From IMG/VR virus record IMGVR_UViG_3300030095_000202, positions 1-59,303 of that record: a stretch of DNA of 59,303 bases; one strand, written 5' to 3'. Made by a program: the position numbers and the translations under genes. A model generated the notes under the pieces. It was not told the DNA's origin and did not search any database. It was given only the letters and a program-made list of their open reading frames with translations. Source of the stretch: a virus (Duplodnaviria; Caudoviricetes). Positions 56,603 through 59,303 of this stretch are shown piece after piece. Each line of letters starts with the position of its first letter. Within the stretch, counting starts at the first letter, position 1.

Positions 56603-57196
56603 ATGGCTCTTACATCTACTCCATACGGTTTGCGCCCGATTAACGCTATTGGGGGTCGTTCCTTTTCAGGATCAACTCGTCAATTACCGATTACTTCTGG
56701 GTTCAACACCGCTATCGCCAACGGCGACATTGTGCAGGTAGCCGCAAATGGCACCATCACAAAGGTCACTGACGTTGGAACAAACGGCGATCCGTTCCCT
56801 GCTGGGACTGTTGGCATCTTTCTTGGCTGTTCATACACTGATGCGGTTAGTGGGTTTACCCAGAACAACCAGTGGCCTGCAGGTCAAGTTGCTGCTGATG
56901 CTCAGGCTTATATTTGTGATGACCCTAACGCGTTGTTCCAAATTCAAGCTGACGCTGCCGTAGCGCAAACCCTGATGCACAGCAACTTTGCTGTTAATCA
57001 GACCGCCCCGGATACAGCCAACGGCAATTCCAGAATCTCTCTGGATGTGGCTACCGCTGCTACCACCGCTACGGTTGCTTTTAAGCTCGTAGATTTCGTT
57101 AACGCACCCGGATCAACCGTGGGTGACGCATTTACCGATGTGATTGTTAAGTTCAATCCTTCGTCACATGCGTACACCGCTGGTCTTGGCCTGTAA
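56603..57196 (+). CDS. Putative capsid decoration / minor capsid protein
   Basis: PYGLRP...GIFLGC..DDPN, directly upstream of the major capsid gene. Confidence 0.6.
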   Translation: MALTSTPYGLRPINAIGGRSFSGSTRQLPITSGFNTAIANGDIVQVAANGTITKVTDVGTNGDPFPAGTVGIFLGCSYTDAVSGFTQNNQWPAGQVAADAQAYICDDPNALFQIQADAAVAQTLMHSNFAVNQTAPDTANGNSRISLDVATAATTATVAFKLVDFVNAPGSTVGDAFTDVIVKFNPSSHAYTAGLGL

Positions 57197-57207
57197 GGAG
57201 ATAATCA

Positions 57208-58113
57208 ATGGCTATTTCTCGCGCACAGGCGCTAAAAGAGCTTCTTCCGGGCCTTAACGCCCTGTTTGGTTTAGAGTACAACAAGTACGAAAACGAACAT
57301 GAAGCCATCTACGAAACCGAGACCTCGGAGCGTAGTTTTGAAGAGGAAGTGAAACTTTCAGGTTTTGGCGCTGCACCCGTCAAAAACGAAGGTGCTGCTA
57401 TCTCGTATGATAACGCGCAGGAATCATTCACTGCTCGTTACAACCATGAAACTGTGGCTATGGGTTTTTCTATCACTGAAGAAGCGATGGAAGATAACCT
57501 GTATGATTCACTGTCCACCCGCTATACTAAAGCACTAGCTCGCGCTATGGCTTATACCAAGCAGGTTAAGGCAGCGGATTTGCTGAACACAGGCTTCGCC
57601 ACCTTTAACTCAGGTGATGGCGTCACGCTGTTCAACACTGCACACCCCACAGTATCGGGTGCTACAAACGGCAACCGTCCTGCGGTAGCTGCTGACCTGA
57701 ATGAAACTTCGCTTGAGCAAGCAGTAATTGATATTGCAGCCTACGTTGATGAACGTGGTCTTCTTATCGCTGCGCGCCCACGCACACTCATCATTCCTAC
57801 AGGTCTTATGTTTGTGGCAACACGTTTGCTGGAAACCGTAAATCGTGTGGGTACAGCCGATAATGACCTTAACGCAATTAACTCAAACGGTTCTATTCCG
57901 GGCGGTTATACGGTTAACCATTATCTGACTGATGCAGATGCGTTCTTTATCACTACTGATATTCCGAATGGCATGAAGCATTTTGAGCGTACCGCGATGA
58001 CAACATCTATGGATGGTGACTTCGATACAGGTAACGTGCGCTACAAAGCGCGTGAGCGTTATTCGTTTGGTGTCTCTGACCCGCTGGGTATCTACGGTTC
58101 TCCCGGAGCCTAA
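57208..58113 (+). CDS. Major capsid protein
   Basis: MAISRAQALKELLPGLNALFG...YKARERYSFG, strong RBS, followed by a terminator. Confidence 0.88.
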   Translation: MAISRAQALKELLPGLNALFGLEYNKYENEHEAIYETETSERSFEEEVKLSGFGAAPVKNEGAAISYDNAQESFTARYNHETVAMGFSITEEAMEDNLYDSLSTRYTKALARAMAYTKQVKAADLLNTGFATFNSGDGVTLFNTAHPTVSGATNGNRPAVAADLNETSLEQAVIDIAAYVDERGLLIAARPRTLIIPTGLMFVATRLLETVNRVGTADNDLNAINSNGSIPGGYTVNHYLTDADAFFITTDIPNGMKHFERTAMTTSMDGDFDTGNVRYKARERYSFGVSDPLGIYGSPGA

Positions 58114-58137
58114 TTTAGGCACTGGCGACAGTTTGAG

Positions 58138-58167
58138 AGGGGTGACTTCGGTTGCCCCTTTCTTTTT
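58138..58167 (+). terminator. Rho-independent terminator after the major capsid gene
   Basis: AGGGGTGAC-TTCG-GTTGCCCCT-TTCTTTTT. Confidence 0.9.
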
Positions 58168-58245
58168 GTCCAAAGGTGCTGTACTACTAATTTATCCCTG
58201 ACAGTTACAGTGTGTAACTGACATTTGCCACGACAGGAGATTATC

Positions 58246-58716
58246 ATGGCTAACACAACTTTTTCAGGTCCAATTCGGGCAGGTAATATTAAGAATACTA
58301 CAGGCACAACTGTAGGCACTGACATTGCTAACGTAGGTTACGTTGTAATGTGTCAAGATACAGTACAGAGTCTCGCAGGTGGCGCTCTTGCAGCGGTTGT
58401 AACGGATATCGTAATACCAGCAAACTCTAAGATCGTTAACTGTATCATTGATCTTGTAGCTGCGGCTAATGCTACTACCAACATTAGCGTTGGTGAAGTT
58501 GGCGGTAATGCAAACACTATTATCAATACGGTTGCGTCAGGAACTACGGTGGGCGTCAAAGCACTGGGTGCTGGCGGTGGTGGAACCTTAGAATGGGGTA
58601 ACACTGGCGCATCAGACATTCGTTTGACTGTAACATCTTCTGCTGCCACTAACGCAGGTTCTGTCCGCATTACAGTAATGTATGCACAAGCGTTTAACAC
58701 TGTAATACGACCTTAA
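58246..58716 (+). CDS. Virion structural protein (capsid fibre/spike-like)
   Basis: AGGAG RBS, MANTTFSGPI start, beta-rich. Confidence 0.7.
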   Translation: MANTTFSGPIRAGNIKNTTGTTVGTDIANVGYVVMCQDTVQSLAGGALAAVVTDIVIPANSKIVNCIIDLVAAANATTNISVGEVGGNANTIINTVASGTTVGVKALGAGGGGTLEWGNTGASDIRLTVTSSAATNAGSVRITVMYAQAFNTVIRP

Positions 58717-58728
58717 AGGAGTAGCTAA

Positions 58729-59013
58729 ATGGCTGGTCAAGAGGTTAGAGCTTACAACTTTGCAGCAAGCGATACCGCTGCTCTTGTAGGCCCATCACGG
58801 GGCAGGTTGCAGGGCGTTTTAGTTAACGCTGCTGCGGCTGCGGCTTTCACCATACGTAGTGGTAGTGCTACGGGTGAGATTATACTTCAGCTAACTCTGC
58901 CTGTAGGTTGGAATGACGTATACATCCCTAATGACGGTATACTTGCTGACAATGGTTGTTTTGTCTCTGCTTTTACAGGCACTGGCAATGTAATGACCCT
59001 GCTCATAGAGTAG
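58729..59013 (+). CDS. Small virion structural protein
   Basis: AAGGAG RBS, YIPNDGIL motif. Confidence 0.7.
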   Translation: MAGQEVRAYNFAASDTAALVGPSRGRLQGVLVNAAAAAAFTIRSGSATGEIILQLTLPVGWNDVYIPNDGILADNGCFVSAFTGTGNVMTLLIE

Positions 59014-59019
59014 ATCGTT

Positions 59020-59301
59020 ATGGCTTCAAAGGGTGAGATGCCGAAGCGTAACAAAAAGAATTTCCGCTCCACCAAGTCTGGGGCGGGGATGACAAAGGCG
59101 GGTGTCGCTGCTTACAGACGTAAAAATCCCGGTTCTAAGTTAAAAACTGCTGTTACGGGCAAGGTTAAAAAAGGCAGTAAAGATGCCAAGCGGCGTAAGT
59201 CGTTCTGCGCCCGTTCCGCTGGACAAATGAAGCAGTTCCCCAAAGCAGCAAAAAACCCTAATAGCCGTTTAAGACAGGCTAGAAGACGCTGGAAGTGTTA
59301 G
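59020..59301 (+). CDS. Highly basic protein (DUF6321-like)
   Basis: GMTKAG..YRRKNPGSKLK..RRKSFCARS...RRRWKC. Confidence 0.75.
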   Translation: MASKGEMPKRNKKNFRSTKSGAGMTKAGVAAYRRKNPGSKLKTAVTGKVKKGSKDAKRRKSFCARSAGQMKQFPKAAKNPNSRLRQARRRWKC

Positions 59302-59303
59302 GA

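Larger units (their letters stand above)
1..59303. mobile_element. Complete tailed bacteriophage genome (podovirus-like), circularly assembled
   Basis: Terminase, portal, capsid, tail, lysis and replication modules are all present. The 8-bp end overlap TGTTAGGA joins the ends, and the late operon continues across it. Confidence 0.93.

Noticed and set aside
59296-59303. Biological terminal repeat
   Set aside because: The 8-bp match to bases 1-8 falls inside the late operon, so it is more likely a residual circular-assembly overlap.
1-59303. tRNA genes or alternative genetic code
   Set aside because: No cloverleaf with a T-loop consensus was noticed by eye (tRNAscan not run). Genes are intact under the standard code and use all three stop codons.

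Overview
The window looks like a complete ~59.3 kb tailed dsDNA phage genome assembled as a circle: bases 1-8 (TGTTAGGA) repeat bases 59296-59303, and the late operon runs across the junction. It has two arms. The plus-strand late arm (49.6 kb through the junction to 27.66 kb) encodes TerS, TerL, a P22-like portal, GroES, scaffold, decoration and major capsid proteins, small very basic proteins, adaptor/tail proteins, fibres, a lysis cassette with an M15 endolysin, and large internal virion proteins, which suggests a podovirus. The minus-strand early/replication arm (49.3 kb to 27.7 kb) encodes host-takeover ORFs, a MoxR-like AAA ATPase with a metallopeptidase-vWA partner, VRR-NUC, family A DNA polymerase, a PD-(D/E)XK nuclease, HNH, SNF2 helicase, SSB and a primase-helicase. 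From memory and unverified, the layout resembles marine alphaproteobacterial podoviruses of the HTVC023P/CRP-901 kind. I saw no integrase, RNA polymerase, tRNA or CRISPR array. Unexplained signals: (i) a [MYRK]-[AGS]-x-G-G-x-[VIL] motif shared by basic protamine-like proteins and ejection proteins, (ii) two palindrome families confined to the early region and coupled to a stereotyped RBS, (iii) a non-coding repeat array beside an iteron-like origin, and (iv) small structured RNA candidates with anti-Shine-Dalgarno loops. All product calls come from motif recognition by eye, not database searches.
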